DNA of 64,000 nucleotides. Source: an uncultured Candidatus Rokubacteria bacterium. GTDB lineage: Bacteria > Methylomirabilota > Methylomirabilia > Rokubacteriales > CSP1-6. The DNA lies in contig CAVWWD010000006.1 of assembly GCA_963758635.1 (NCBI GenBank), forward strand, positions 64,001 through 128,000. Direction: 5' to 3'. The position numbers were made by a program, and so were the translations under genes. Each line of letters starts with the position of its first letter. Position 1 is the first letter of the stretch. Shown here piece by piece: positions 11,325 through 21,457 of this stretch. The notes under the pieces were generated by a model, which searched no databases, was not told the origin of the DNA, and worked only from the letters and a program-made list of their open reading frames with translations.

Positions 11325-13394
11325 TCAGCGCCCCGTGGCGGCCCGGGCCACCTGCGCCCGCGCCGCGGCGGCGACGGCCTCCGGCGTGAAGCCGAACTTC
11401 TTCTGGAGCTCCTTGAGGGGCGCCGAGGCCCCGAACGTCTCGATGCCGATCCGCGTCCCGTCGCGGCCGGTGTAGCGCTCCCAGCCGAAGGTGGACGCCT
11501 GCTCCACCGACACGCGCGCGGCGACCGCGGGGGGCAGCACCTCGTCGCGGTAGGCCGGGCTCTGCCGCTCGAACAGCTCCCACGAGGGCATGCTCACCAC
11601 GCGCGCGCGCACGCCCTCCGCGGCCAGCCGCTCGAACGCGGCGAGGCAGAGCGCCACCTCGCTGCCCGTGCCGAGCAGCAGCACCTGGGGCGCGCCTCCC
11701 GGCGCGTCGGCGACGACATACGCGCCGCGGCTGACGCCCGCGGCGCTGCCGTACTTCGCGCGGTCGATGGTGGGCAGCGCCTGGCGGCTCAGGACCAGCG
11801 CCACCGGCTCGTGCTGGAGCGGCATGATGACGCGCCAGGCCTCCGCGACCTCGGACGCGTCGGCGGGACGGATCACGATCAGGTGCGGCATCGCGCGCAG
11901 CGAGGCGAGCTGCTCGACGGGCTGGTGGGTGGGCCCGTCCTCGCCGAGGCCGATGGAGTCGTGGGTGAACACGTGGATCACCGGCAGCTCCATCAGGGCG
12001 CCGAGCCGGATGGCGCCGCGCGCGTAGTCGCTGAAGATCAGGAACCCGGCGCCGTACGGCCGCACCTTCGAGACCGACATGCCGTTGAGCACGGCGGCCA
12101 TGGCGTGCTCGCGGACGCCGAAGTGCACGTTGCGCCCGCCGGGAGCGCCGGCCTCGAGGTCGCCCGCGCCGGCGAAGGTGAGCCGCGTCTTGGTGGACGG
12201 CGTCAGGTCGGCCGCGCCGCCGACGAGCCAGGGCACGCGCGGGGCGATGGCGTTCAGCACGCGCCCCGAGGAGTCGCGCGTGGCCAGCCCCTTCGCGTCG
12301 GCGGGGAAGACCGGCACGTCCGTGTCCCAGTCCGGCGGCAGCTCGCGATGCTGCATCATCAGCAGGTGCTCGGCCGCCTCCGGATGCTTTCGCCGGTAGT
12401 CCTCGTAGAGGCGCATCCACGCCGCGCGGGCCTCGCCGCCGCGACGCCCCACCCCGGCCTGGAAGTGCTCGCGCACGCCGTCGGGCACGAGGAACTTCGC
12501 GTCCTCGGGCCAGCCGTAGTTCTTCTTGGTGAGGCGGATCTCCTCCTCGCCGAGCGGCTCGCCGTGGGCCGCCGACGTGTCCTGCTTGCGCGGCGCCCCG
12601 TAGGCGATGTGGCTGTCCACGATGACGAGGGTCGGCCGGTCATCTGTCGCCTTGAAGGTGCGGAAGGCCCGGTCGAGCATCTCCAGGTCGTTGGCGTCGC
12701 CCACGCGGGTCACGTTCCAGCCGTGGCCGATGAAGCGGGTGGCGACGTCGTCGCTGAACGCGAGCGCGGTGTTGCCCTCGATCGTGATGCGGTTGTTGTC
12801 GTAGATCCAGCACAGGTTGGCGAGCCCCAGGTGCCCGGCGAGCGACGCCGCCTCGCTGGTGACGCCTTCCATGAGGCAGCCGTCGCCGGCGAGCGCGTAC
12901 ACGTCGTAGTCGAACATCGGGAAGTCCGGGCGGTTGAAGTGCTCGGCCAGCCAGCGGCCGGCGATGGCCATGCCCACGCTGGTGGCCGTGCCCTGGCCGA
13001 GCGGTCCCGTGGTGGTCTCCACGCCGGAGGTCCAGCGGTACTCGGGGTGCCCGGGGCACTTGGAATCGAGCTGGCGGAACCGCTTGATGTCGTCGAGCGT
13101 CACCGACAGCTCGCCGAGCCGCTCGTACTGCGGGTTCACGGCGCGGACGCCGGCCAGGTGGAGCATCGAGTAGAGGAGCATCGAGGCGTGGCCCGCGGAG
13201 AGCACGAAGCGGTCCCGATTCGGCCAGATGGGATCGGCGGGATCGAAGCGGAGCCACCGTTGCCACAGGCAGTAGGCCACGGGGGCCATGGCCATCGGCG
13301 TCCCGGGATGGCCCGAGTCCGCCTGCTGGACCGCGTCCATCGACAGGGTCCGGATCGTGTTGATGCCGAGCTGGTCGAGCCGCGCGTCCGTCAT
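11325..13394 (-). CDS. tkt: Transketolase
   Basis: SGHPG, RDRFVLSAGHAS, TTGPLGQG, GDGCLMEG, THDSIGLGEDGPTHQP; SD AGGGAGG. Confidence 0.96.
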   Translation of the reverse strand: MTDARLDQLGINTIRTLSMDAVQQADSGHPGTPMAMAPVAYCLWQRWLRFDPADPIWPNRDRFVLSAGHASMLLYSMLHLAGVRAVNPQYERLGELSVTLDDIKRFRQLDSKCPGHPEYRWTSGVETTTGPLGQGTATSVGMAIAGRWLAEHFNRPDFPMFDYDVYALAGDGCLMEGVTSEAASLAGHLGLANLCWIYDNNRITIEGNTALAFSDDVATRFIGHGWNVTRVGDANDLEMLDRAFRTFKATDDRPTLVIVDSHIAYGAPRKQDTSAAHGEPLGEEEIRLTKKNYGWPEDAKFLVPDGVREHFQAGVGRRGGEARAAWMRLYEDYRRKHPEAAEHLLMMQHRELPPDWDTDVPVFPADAKGLATRDSSGRVLNAIAPRVPWLVGGAADLTPSTKTRLTFAGAGDLEAGAPGGRNVHFGVREHAMAAVLNGMSVSKVRPYGAGFLIFSDYARGAIRLGALMELPVIHVFTHDSIGLGEDGPTHQPVEQLASLRAMPHLIVIRPADASEVAEAWRVIMPLQHEPVALVLSRQALPTIDRAKYGSAAGVSRGAYVVADAPGGAPQVLLLGTGSEVALCLAAFERLAAEGVRARVVSMPSWELFERQSPAYRDEVLPPAVAARVSVEQASTFGWERYTGRDGTRIGIETFGASAPLKELQKKFGFTPEAVAAAARAQVARAATGR

Positions 13395-13556
13395 CGCATG
13401 TCCTCCCTGAGAGACCGCTGCGCCGTCGCGCGCCGAGCCGGCCACCGCGTCACGGCCCCGGCGGGAAGTGTCCCACAAACCTCCACGCGACCGCCGAAGC
13501 CGTGCGTCGGCCGCCGAGCGCTGCCGATCTATCCGGATGCATGTGGGAGCGATTAC

Positions 13557-13574
13557 CTAGGACCAAGGTCTCAT
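13557..13574. promoter_or_regulatory. Palindromic operator-like motif copy A (ATGAGACCTTGGTCCTAG on minus strand)
   Basis: Intergenic between divergent tkt and FixJ-like regulator; similar copies at 20810, 25338, 25896. Confidence 0.6.
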
Positions 13575-13677
13575 AGGCTCGCGCTTTCCCAGGCGGTCAT
13601 CATGATGCCGGCCGGCGACACCCAGATCACGAGGCGGGGCTCGCTCCAGGCGGCGGGCCGGCCCGACCGGAGCGGAC

Positions 13678-14322
13678 ATGCGCGGTGACGAGGTCGTGTA
13701 CATCGTGGACGACGACGAGCGGGTCCGCCGCTCGCTCGCGCGCGTTGTGGACGCCGCCGGCATGAACGCCGAGACCTTCGATTCCGCGCAGTCCTTCCTC
13801 GACCACCGGAGCCCCCGCGCTCCCTCGTGCCTCGTCCTCGACGTGCGGCTCCCCGGACTGAGCGGGCTCGATCTCCAGGTGAAGCTCGGCGAGCGGCAGG
13901 AGACGGTGCCGATCGTCTTCATCACCGGCCGCGGCGACATCCCCACGAGCGTGCAGGCGATGAAGCAGGGTGCGGTGGACTTCCTGCCGAAGCCCGTGGA
14001 GGCCGATGCCCTGCTGAGCTCGATCGAGCGCGCCCTCGCCCGGAGCCGCGAGGGGCTCGCGCGACAGGCGGAGCACTCGGAGGTGGCGCGCCGGCTCGCG
14101 CGGCTCACGCCCCGGGAGCGCGAGGTGCTCACGCTGGTGCTGACGGGCTTGCTGAACAAGCAGATCGCCGCCGAGCTGGGCGCGGCCGAGAAGACCGTGA
14201 AGGTCCACCGCGGCCGCGTGATGCGGAAGATGCAGGCCGAGTCGGTGGCGCAGCTCGTGCGGATGATGCAGCGCGTGGGCGCCGATCCGGGGGCGCGATC
14301 CCCCAGCATCCCCGTCGCCTAG
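13678..14322 (+). CDS. FixJ/NodW-family response regulator (REC + LuxR HTH)
   Basis: VDDD, LDVRLPG, FITG, DFLPKP, LTPRERE...LNKQIA...EKTVKVHRGRVM. Confidence 0.93.
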   Translation: MRGDEVVYIVDDDERVRRSLARVVDAAGMNAETFDSAQSFLDHRSPRAPSCLVLDVRLPGLSGLDLQVKLGERQETVPIVFITGRGDIPTSVQAMKQGAVDFLPKPVEADALLSSIERALARSREGLARQAEHSEVARRLARLTPREREVLTLVLTGLLNKQIAAELGAAEKTVKVHRGRVMRKMQAESVAQLVRMMQRVGADPGARSPSIPVA

Positions 14323-14378
14323 CGCCGCGGCTCCCTCCCCGCGCCCCTGCTCTCGCGGCTCGCCCTCGCGCGTGGGCG

Positions 14379-14522
14379 GGGCGGCGGGGAGGGACCTGGG
14401 ATCGTGGGACCACGCCGCACGCGTCCGCTGCCCCGCTGGGACTGGGCTCCATCCGGGCGCGCGGGGTCCGTTGACCGATGGAGGGGAAGGGCCCCACGAC
14501 CCCAGGTCCCTCCCCACCGCCC
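14379..14522. repeat. 33-bp imperfect inverted repeat (arms 14379-14411 and 14490-14522)
   Basis: GGGCGGCGGGGAGGGACCTGGGATCGTGGGACC vs reverse complement GGGCGGTGGGGAGGGACCTGGGGTCGTGGGGCC (30/33 identical). Confidence 0.75.
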
Positions 14523-14752
14523 CCCTACGCTCCGCTGTTGACTGCCGGGCTGACTGCTCGGCACGACCGCTCGCACTGACTGCGGTCTGACCGATTCCTG
14601 GGGGCTAGGCTGAAGGACCTATTGCGTTACGTCGCGGGTCTGCTCGAAAATCGCGTGGTCATGGTGGAACGGGGAGCCACACGAGCCAGAGCAAGCGACC
14701 ACCAGCGCGTCGAGAACGAGACCACACGCCGGCAGGGAGGATACGACCCCTC

Positions 14753-15343
14753 ATGCACACGACGATTCGAGCGACGGCACATGTCATGTGCCTCCTCGCC
14801 CTCACGCTCATGATCACGGGCTGTCCGAAGCGCCCGCTCGTTCCGACGGCCGCCGCTCCGGCGCCCGCGGCGCCCGCTCCCACGCCGGCGCCACCGCCCA
14901 CGGCCGCCGCCCCGCCGGCGCCGGCGCCCGCTCCGGCTCCGACGCCCGCCGCGCCCCCCGCGGCGCCGGCCGCCACGCCGCCGCCACCCGCCGAGTTCGC
15001 GGCCAGCGACAACCTCAGGGACGTGTTCTACGCGTTCGACAAGGCCGAGATCCGGCCGGGCGACGCGAAGACGCTGGACGCCGGCGCCGCGTACCTCAAG
15101 ACCAACCCCCGGTTGCTGGTGCTGGTCGAAGGACACTGCGACGAGCGCGGGACCGAGGAGTACAACATCGCGCTCGGGGAACGGCGCGCCGCCTCCGCCC
15201 TCAACTACCTGGTGGCCCAGGGGATCGAGGCGGGTCGGTTCACCCGCATCTCCTACGGGGAGTCTCGTCCGTCGTGCGCCGAGCACAGGGAATCGTGCTG
15301 GGTGAAGAACCGGCGCGCCCGGTTCATGGTGAAGCCGCAATGA
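14753..15343 (+). CDS. Pal/OmpA-like peptidoglycan-binding lipoprotein with Pro/Ala linker
   Basis: Lipobox MITGC, FAFDK-like segment, EGHCDERGTEEYNIALGERRA, ISYGE, NRRA. Confidence 0.88.
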   Translation: MHTTIRATAHVMCLLALTLMITGCPKRPLVPTAAAPAPAAPAPTPAPPPTAAAPPAPAPAPAPTPAAPPAAPAATPPPPAEFAASDNLRDVFYAFDKAEIRPGDAKTLDAGAAYLKTNPRLLVLVEGHCDERGTEEYNIALGERRAASALNYLVAQGIEAGRFTRISYGESRPSCAEHRESCWVKNRRARFMVKPQ

Positions 15344-15813
15344 CGCCGGCCCGGGAACGCGCGCGTTTCCTGGACCCGGTCGCCATGCGCGTCGCCGCCC
15401 TCCTCGTGGCCGTGGCCACCCTGGCCGCGTGCGCGTCGTCCTCAACGTCCACGTCCACGTCGTCGGCCCCGGCGACGGCCGTCCCCATCACCGAGATCAA
15501 GATGGTGGCGGGCAAGTGGGCGGGCAACGTGAGAGGCCTCGCCGGACCGCGCGACGACGCCGGCGATTGGGTCCAGATGACCATCGCCGAGAGCGGCGCC
15601 TACGAGTTCTCCATCGCCCGCACGATCGGCGTGTTCAGCGGCAAGGGCATGTTCAGCGTCAAGGACGGCAAGCTCGCGATGGAGGGGGAGCGTGGCAGCG
15701 GCACCTTCACGCTCTTCGAGCGAGACGGCCGGCGGTTCCTCCGCGGCGGCGGGACGATCGGATCGGGCTCGGGCACGCCGCTGTCCGGGGAACTCAGACC
15801 GGCCACGCGCTAG
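15340..15813 (+). CDS. Hypothetical lipoprotein
   Basis: LAAC lipobox, Ser/Thr linker, beta-rich domain; ATGA overlap with upstream gene. Confidence 0.7.
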   Translation: MTPARERARFLDPVAMRVAALLVAVATLAACASSSTSTSTSSAPATAVPITEIKMVAGKWAGNVRGLAGPRDDAGDWVQMTIAESGAYEFSIARTIGVFSGKGMFSVKDGKLAMEGERGSGTFTLFERDGRRFLRGGGTIGSGSGTPLSGELRPATR

Positions 15814-15832
15814 CCTCCCGCGACGGCGCGGC

Positions 15833-16075
15833 GTGACGCGCGAAGGGCGTCGATGGATCCCCCTCGCCGCCGCCTCCGTCCTGCTGCTGGCCGCGGGCGG
15901 CTGCACGCCGTTCGTCGGCGTCGCCACCGTCTCCCCGCAGGGTTACGCGCGCGAGGCGAACGCGCTCAACGGGGACCGCCTCAGCACGGCGTCCCGCAAC
16001 AACCGCGGAGGCCCGTGGCGGGCCGCTCTGCCCCCAACGGCCTGTGCTACCGTTCTCCCCGGGGCGATCGGTTGA
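15833..16075 (+). pseudogene. Short lipoprotein, probably N-terminal remnant of an alpha/beta-hydrolase lipoprotein
   Basis: Lipobox AGGC then PFVGVATVSP...ANALNGDRLSTASRN, resembling the start of the 30841 protein; degenerates after ~16000. Confidence 0.4.
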
Positions 16076-18654
16076 TGCGTCAGGACGAAGGACACGTGCC
16101 CTCGGCCCGGGCAGTAGCGTGCGCGGCGCTCGCCGTCTGCGTCGGCTACTTCATCGGCGCGAACATCGGATTCATCCTCCGCCTGCCGCCCGCGACCCCG
16201 TCGGTGCTGTGGCCGCCCAACTCGATCCTCACCGCCACGCTCCTGCTGGCGCCGCCGCGCCGGTGGTGGATCTACCTCGCCGCCGCGCTCCCCGCGCACC
16301 TGGTCGCCGAGCTGCCGGTGATCTCGCCGGCGTCGCTCGTGCTCACCCTCTACGCCACCAACTGCCTGGAGGCCGTGGTCGGGGCGGCGGCCGTGCGCAT
16401 CCTGAGCGACGCTCCGGCCCGTTTCGACACCCTGCCCCGCGTGTCCGCCTTCGTGCTGGGCGCCGGCATCCTGGGACCGTTCGTGTCCTCGTTCGTGGAC
16501 GCCGCCGCGGTGACGACGCTCCGCCAGGAGCCGTACTGGCTCGTGCTCCAGACGCGGCTCTTCTCGAACGTCCTCACCGAGCTCGTGCTCGTGCCCGCCA
16601 TCGTGTTCGTGGCCCGGGACGGGTGGACGCGGGTGGCGCGGGCGCGCCCGGTCCGACGCTTCGAGGCGCTCCTCCTCGCCGCCGCGCTGGGGGGCGTGGC
16701 CCTGTTCTTCGCCGTCGGCCCGCACCCCGGGGCGGGCCCCGCGATGGGCTCGCTCGAGACGCCGGTGGCGTTCTTCATCCCGTTCATCCTGTGGGGGACG
16801 GTGAGCTTCGGTCCCGCGGGCGCGTCGCTGGTCATGGTCGTGTCGTCGCTCATGATCATCTGGGGCGCGACCCACGGCCAGGCGGGATTCGCCTCGCCGC
16901 CCACGCGCGAGAGCATCCTCGTGCTGCAGATCTCCCTCGCCGTGAGCACGATCCCGATCCTCGCCCTCGCCGGCCTCCTCCAGGAGCGGTGGCGCGACCG
17001 CCAGGCCCTCGCCGAGCGCCTGCGGTTCGAGGAGATGCTCGCGCGGCTCTCCGGCGCCTTCGTCCACCTGCCGTCGAACCGCATGGACGAGGCCTTCCAC
17101 ACGTGGCTCGAGCGTCTGGGCCGCTTCCTGGAAGTGGACCGGGTGATGCTCCTGCATCGCGCCGACGAGGCGCCGCGCCTGGCGATCAGCCACGGGTGGG
17201 CCGCGCCCGGCCTGCCCGACATGCCCACGCCCGAGGTGGGCGCGCTCTTGCCGTGGTCGGTCGGACAGCTCGTCCAGGAGCGGGCCGTCACCTTCCGCGA
17301 CCCCGGCCAGCTCCCCGAGGAGGCGGCACGCGATCGCATCTTCCTGGGCGTGCTCGGCATCGCCTCCGCGCTCGCCCTGCCCCTCGTGGCGGGAGGCCGG
17401 GTCATCGGCGGCCTCGTGCTCGCCACCGTCGGACGCGAGCAGGGCTGGTCCGAGGAGGCCGCCGCGCGCGTGAAGCTCGTGGCCGAGGTCCTGGCCAGCG
17501 CGCTCGCGCGCAAGGAGAACGAGGACGCGCTCCGCGCGAGCGAGCTGATGAAGTCGGCCATCCTGGCCTCGCTGAACTCCAGCGTGGCCGTGCTCGACGG
17601 CCGCGGTCAGGTCATCGAGATCAACCGCGTGTGGGAGCGGTTCACGCCCGACTTCAGCCAGGGCGCGCACCGGGAGATCGGCATCGGCCAGAACTACCTC
17701 GAGGTCTGCCGTGACGCGGCGGGGCGGGGCGAGCCGCACGCCGCCGACGCCGTGGCGGGGATCGAGTCCGTCCTCACCGGGGCGCAGGCCTGGTTCTCGC
17801 TGGAGTACGCGAGCGCCGACGAGCGCTGGTACGCGATGTCCGTGGTTCCCCTGCACCGACCCGAGGGCGGCGCGGTGGTGTCGAACACCGACGTGACCGA
17901 GCGCAAGCGCGCCGAGCTGGAGGCGCAGCGGAGCCGGCAGGAGCTCGCCCACGTGACCCGCGTGACGACCATGGGCGAGCTGACCGCGTCCCTCGCCCAC
18001 GAGCTCAACCAGCCGCTGACCGGCATCCTCAGCAACGCCCAGGCCGCGCAGCGCATCGTGGACGGGAACCCGCCCGACCTCGCGGCCGTGCGCGCCATCC
18101 TGCGCGACATCGTCGAGGACGACCGCCGCGCCGCCGACGTGATCGAGCGGCTGCGCGGCCTCCTTCGCAAGGGCGAGTCCGAGATGTATCACCTGGACCT
18201 GAACGCGATCGTGCGCGCGGTGGTGAAGCTCCTCGCCAGCGACACCGTCATCCGCAACGTCACCGTGGTCATGGACCTCGACGCCGCCGCCCGGCCCGTG
18301 AACGCCGACCGCGTGCAGCTCGAGCAGGTGCTCCTGAACCTCCTCCTGAACGCCATGGAGGCGATCGCCGAGCAGGTGGGCGGTGACCGGACGGTCATCG
18401 TGCGGACGCGCGCGGAGAGCGACGCGGCGGTGGTGACATCCGTGGAGGACTGCGGCCCCGGCCTCCGGCGGGGCACCCAGCAGATGGTGTTCGAGCCCTT
18501 CTACACCACGAAGAAGACGGGCATGGGCATGGGCCTCGCCATCGCGCGGACGATCATCGAGGCGCACCGGGGCAAGATCTGGGCGGAGGCGAACAGCCGC
18601 GGCGGGGCGACCTTCCACTTCCGGCTCCCCGCGGCCGCGGCGCACCTGCGATGA
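16075..18654 (+). CDS. Sensor histidine kinase: MASE1, GAF, PAS, HisKA, HATPase
   Basis: LWPPNS MASE1 motif, LAHELNQPL, EQVLLNLLLNA, DCGPG, FYTTK..GMGMGL. Confidence 0.92.
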   Translation: MRQDEGHVPSARAVACAALAVCVGYFIGANIGFILRLPPATPSVLWPPNSILTATLLLAPPRRWWIYLAAALPAHLVAELPVISPASLVLTLYATNCLEAVVGAAAVRILSDAPARFDTLPRVSAFVLGAGILGPFVSSFVDAAAVTTLRQEPYWLVLQTRLFSNVLTELVLVPAIVFVARDGWTRVARARPVRRFEALLLAAALGGVALFFAVGPHPGAGPAMGSLETPVAFFIPFILWGTVSFGPAGASLVMVVSSLMIIWGATHGQAGFASPPTRESILVLQISLAVSTIPILALAGLLQERWRDRQALAERLRFEEMLARLSGAFVHLPSNRMDEAFHTWLERLGRFLEVDRVMLLHRADEAPRLAISHGWAAPGLPDMPTPEVGALLPWSVGQLVQERAVTFRDPGQLPEEAARDRIFLGVLGIASALALPLVAGGRVIGGLVLATVGREQGWSEEAAARVKLVAEVLASALARKENEDALRASELMKSAILASLNSSVAVLDGRGQVIEINRVWERFTPDFSQGAHREIGIGQNYLEVCRDAAGRGEPHAADAVAGIESVLTGAQAWFSLEYASADERWYAMSVVPLHRPEGGAVVSNTDVTERKRAELEAQRSRQELAHVTRVTTMGELTASLAHELNQPLTGILSNAQAAQRIVDGNPPDLAAVRAILRDIVEDDRRAADVIERLRGLLRKGESEMYHLDLNAIVRAVVKLLASDTVIRNVTVVMDLDAAARPVNADRVQLEQVLLNLLLNAMEAIAEQVGGDRTVIVRTRAESDAAVVTSVEDCGPGLRRGTQQMVFEPFYTTKKTGMGMGLAIARTIIEAHRGKIWAEANSRGGATFHFRLPAAAAHLR

Positions 18655-19070
18655 CGGCCGTCGAGCCCATCGTGTTCCTGGTGGACGACGATCCGTCCGT
18701 GCGCCGCGGGCTCGACCGCCTGCTGCGCGCGGCCGGCCACCGCGTGGAGACGTTCACCTCGGCGAAGGAGTTCCTCGAGCGGTCCGAGCACGACGGGCCC
18801 CAGTGCGTCGTCCTCGACGTGCGCATGCTCGGGCAAGGCGGCATCGAGCTCCACGAGCACCTCGTGGCATCGGGCCGGGACATCCCGGTCATCTTCATCA
18901 CCGGGCACGCCAACGTCCCCACTGCCGTCCGCGCGATGAAGGCCGGGGCCGTGGACTTCCTCTCCAAGCCTGTCGACGACGTCGAGCTGCTCGGGGCCAC
19001 CGGCCTCGCTCTCGAGCGCGACCGCCGCCGCTGGGAGGCCGAGCGCTCCCTGCGCGACGGCGGCGCCTGA
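18651..19070 (+). CDS. Stand-alone FixJ-like receiver domain
   Basis: VDDD, LDVRM, FITGH, DFLSKP; no HTH. Confidence 0.88.
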   Translation: MTAVEPIVFLVDDDPSVRRGLDRLLRAAGHRVETFTSAKEFLERSEHDGPQCVVLDVRMLGQGGIELHEHLVASGRDIPVIFITGHANVPTAVRAMKAGAVDFLSKPVDDVELLGATGLALERDRRRWEAERSLRDGGA

Positions 19071-19163
19071 CGGGGTCAAGCACGTGCGCAACGCGCCACC
19101 GGCCCGCGCGCTGTCCGCTACGCCGGACGCGGGCTCCCGCGCCTCACGATTGCGGGCCGGCCG

Positions 19164-20771
19164 TCACCGGCTCGCCACGGGGGCGATCTGCGCGGGCGGC
19201 GCGAAGGCCGTCCCCGCCGCGGCCACGATGTCCATGAACCCGAGGCACAGCTCCTCGCGCGCGGCGACGAACCTCTCGTAGTCGGTGGTGCGGAGGTACG
19301 CGAAGACCTCCACCTGCAGCGCGTCGCTCCCGAACCCCACGAGCCGGACCCGCGCCGGATCCGGGTCCACCAGCGGGTGGGCGGAGAGGGCGTCCCGGAT
19401 CCGGGCCAGCACCGCCCGGAGCTGATCCGGCGTGGTCTCGTAGCGCAGCCGGAGCCTGGTCTCGAAGAGCAGGCGGTCGCGTCGCTGCAGGTTGTCCACG
19501 TGCAGGGTGAAGAACTGCGCGTTCGGCACCGAGACCACCGAGCGCTCGAGGGTGCGGATGCGCGTGGACCAGAGCCCGATCCGCTCCACCGTACCCTGCC
19601 GCTCGCCGATGCGGCAGAAGTCGCCCACCCGGACGGGCTGGTCGCCGATCACCACGAGCCCGCCGAAGAGGTTCTCGACCGTCCGCTGGGCGGCCAGCGC
19701 GATGCCGATGCTGCCCACCCCCACCGCGGCGATCAGCGTGGTCGGCTGGACCCCGACCGCCTCGAACAGGAGCAGCGCGGACAGGGTGACGACGAGGATC
19801 CGCGCCGCGCGCTGGATGAGGTCGATCAGCGTGGGGCTGTCGCCGCGGCCGATCGCGCGATGACGGGCGTGGAGGGTCGTCACCTCGACGAAGCGCAGCA
19901 CCATCCAGGTCAACGCGACGACGAGCAGGATCTGCTGCGCGGCCGACACCACGGGCAGGACCAGCACCGGGAGCGACAGCGCGGGCTGGCCGATGCGGAA
20001 GATGGCCAGGGCGAGCAGCGTCCGGAGGGGCCCGACCGCCTTGCCCAACGCCGGGTCGTCGGTGGGGGCGAATCGCGTGAGCGAGAGGAAACGTCGCGTG
20101 AGGGGCAGCCCCGGCCGCACCACCGCCCAGGCGATCAGCAGCGACACGCCGGCCAGCACCAGCAGCCCGATCCACTGCCAGAGCGCGAGCCCCAGGATCC
20201 GCGTCTCGACGAAGACGGGAGGCAGCCAGCGCCCGACCAGACCGTAGCTGAAGCGCCAGTGGAGGTTGGGAACGTGCCGGAGGGTCTCCCGCGAGAACTG
20301 CCAGATGAGGAGGCCGTCGTCGCGCGGCACCCGCTCGAGCTGGATCGACATCGTCGCGTTGTCCAGCTCGACCCGGCTCACCGTCTGCACGCCGCCCCGC
20401 ATGCCCGCTTCCCGGCGGCCCTCGGGCTCGTCGGCCAGGGCGGCCAGGTCGATGCGCGTGTTGTCGAGGATGACCCGGAGCTGGCGCGCCATCTCCGGTC
20501 CCTTCGCGATGTCGGCCAGCGGCCGGCCGCGGAGGTCGAGGTACCGGGCCGCGCGCGCGTAGTCGTAGGTCGCGGTGGCCTGGAGGAAACCCTGCACGGT
20601 CCCACGCGGGCTGCCGCGGCCGAGCTCGTCTGGCGCCACGCTCTCGGGCGGGCGCTCCGCGGGGGCGCCGGCGGAGGGTGCCGAGGGCGGGCTGGACATC
20701 GGGGGGGCGGCGAGCGACGCCGCCGGACCGACGAGCATCAGGATCGCGAACACGACGAGGATCCGCGTCAT
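19164..20771 (-). CDS. MscS-family mechanosensitive channel with periplasmic N-terminal domain
   Basis: Signal peptide, LGRGSPRGTV, ALAAQRTVENLFGG, VRVGD, GTVERIGL.STRIRT, VPN. Confidence 0.9.
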   Translation of the reverse strand: MTRILVVFAILMLVGPAASLAAPPMSSPPSAPSAGAPAERPPESVAPDELGRGSPRGTVQGFLQATATYDYARAARYLDLRGRPLADIAKGPEMARQLRVILDNTRIDLAALADEPEGRREAGMRGGVQTVSRVELDNATMSIQLERVPRDDGLLIWQFSRETLRHVPNLHWRFSYGLVGRWLPPVFVETRILGLALWQWIGLLVLAGVSLLIAWAVVRPGLPLTRRFLSLTRFAPTDDPALGKAVGPLRTLLALAIFRIGQPALSLPVLVLPVVSAAQQILLVVALTWMVLRFVEVTTLHARHRAIGRGDSPTLIDLIQRAARILVVTLSALLLFEAVGVQPTTLIAAVGVGSIGIALAAQRTVENLFGGLVVIGDQPVRVGDFCRIGERQGTVERIGLWSTRIRTLERSVVSVPNAQFFTLHVDNLQRRDRLLFETRLRLRYETTPDQLRAVLARIRDALSAHPLVDPDPARVRLVGFGSDALQVEVFAYLRTTDYERFVAAREELCLGFMDIVAAAGTAFAPPAQIAPVASR

Positions 20772-20809
20772 GCCGACCTCACCGTCGCCTCAGGATGGAC
20801 CAGCAAGCC

Positions 20810-20827
20810 ATGGGACGAAGGTCTCAT
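20810..20827. promoter_or_regulatory. Operator-like motif copy B (ATGAGACCTTCGTCCCAT on minus strand)
   Basis: Between divergent mscS and aspT remnant. Confidence 0.6.
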
Positions 20828-20891
20828 GGTCGGCGGCGATGATTCCGGCATTCTGCCGTCGTCGAGCCATCTCCTGGGCCCAGGAGGACAC

Positions 20892-21070
20892 ATGAACTGG
20901 ATCGCCACCGTCCGGGGGCAGCGTCCCGGGCTCGCCCTCTTCCTCACGCTCGCCATCGGCTACGCGCTCGGAAGGATCCGGATCGGCAGCGTGCAGCTCG
21001 GCGCCGTGACCGGGTGCTGCTGGTCGCCCTGTGGGGAACGGTCGTGCTGATCCTGATGGCGCGCGCTGAC
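20892..21070 (+). pseudogene. Aspartate:alanine antiporter (AspT/YidE) remnant with large internal deletion
   Basis: SD AGGAGG; N-terminus ...LALFLTLAIGYALGRIRIGSVQLGAVTG joined out of frame to C-terminal-like VLLVALWGTVVLILM. Confidence 0.6.
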
Positions 21071-21142
21071 GCTTCGTGCTCCGCCGCGCCCCGCCGACGT
21101 CGTCGATGACGACGGGCGCGAGTTCGCCTATCATCGGCGCGT

Positions 21143-21431
21143 CAGCAGATCGGCGAGCTCGAGGCCATCGTCCCGGACAAGAAGACCGTCGGGGTCGCCA
21201 TGCTCCGGCACACCGACGCCAAGTGGGCGGCGGACCTGAGCGACCTGCCCCCGGCCTGCAAGGCGGAGCCGGAGCCCAGAGACCGTCCGGGACGTGCGCG
21301 AGCGCATCGCCGAGATCCCGACACGGCTCCTCCTGCAGTCGGAATGCGACCGCCAGCTCCTCACGACGGCGGCGACCAAGCTGGTCAACGAGCACCGCGG
21401 CACGATCCTGGAGTTCATGAACCAAAAATAG
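21143..21431 (+). pseudogene. C-terminal gene remnant, possibly patatin-like
   Basis: Coding-like tail ...VRERIAEIPTRLLLQSECDRQLLTTAATKLV...EFMNQK* with a frameshift and no start. Confidence 0.35.
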
Positions 21432-21457
21432 CGGCAGCCTGAGAGGGAGGACAGACG

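Noticed and set aside
14840..14995. Tandem GC repeats as CRISPR or VNTR
   Set aside because: They encode the Pro/Ala linker of the Pal-like protein; no repeat-spacer periodicity.
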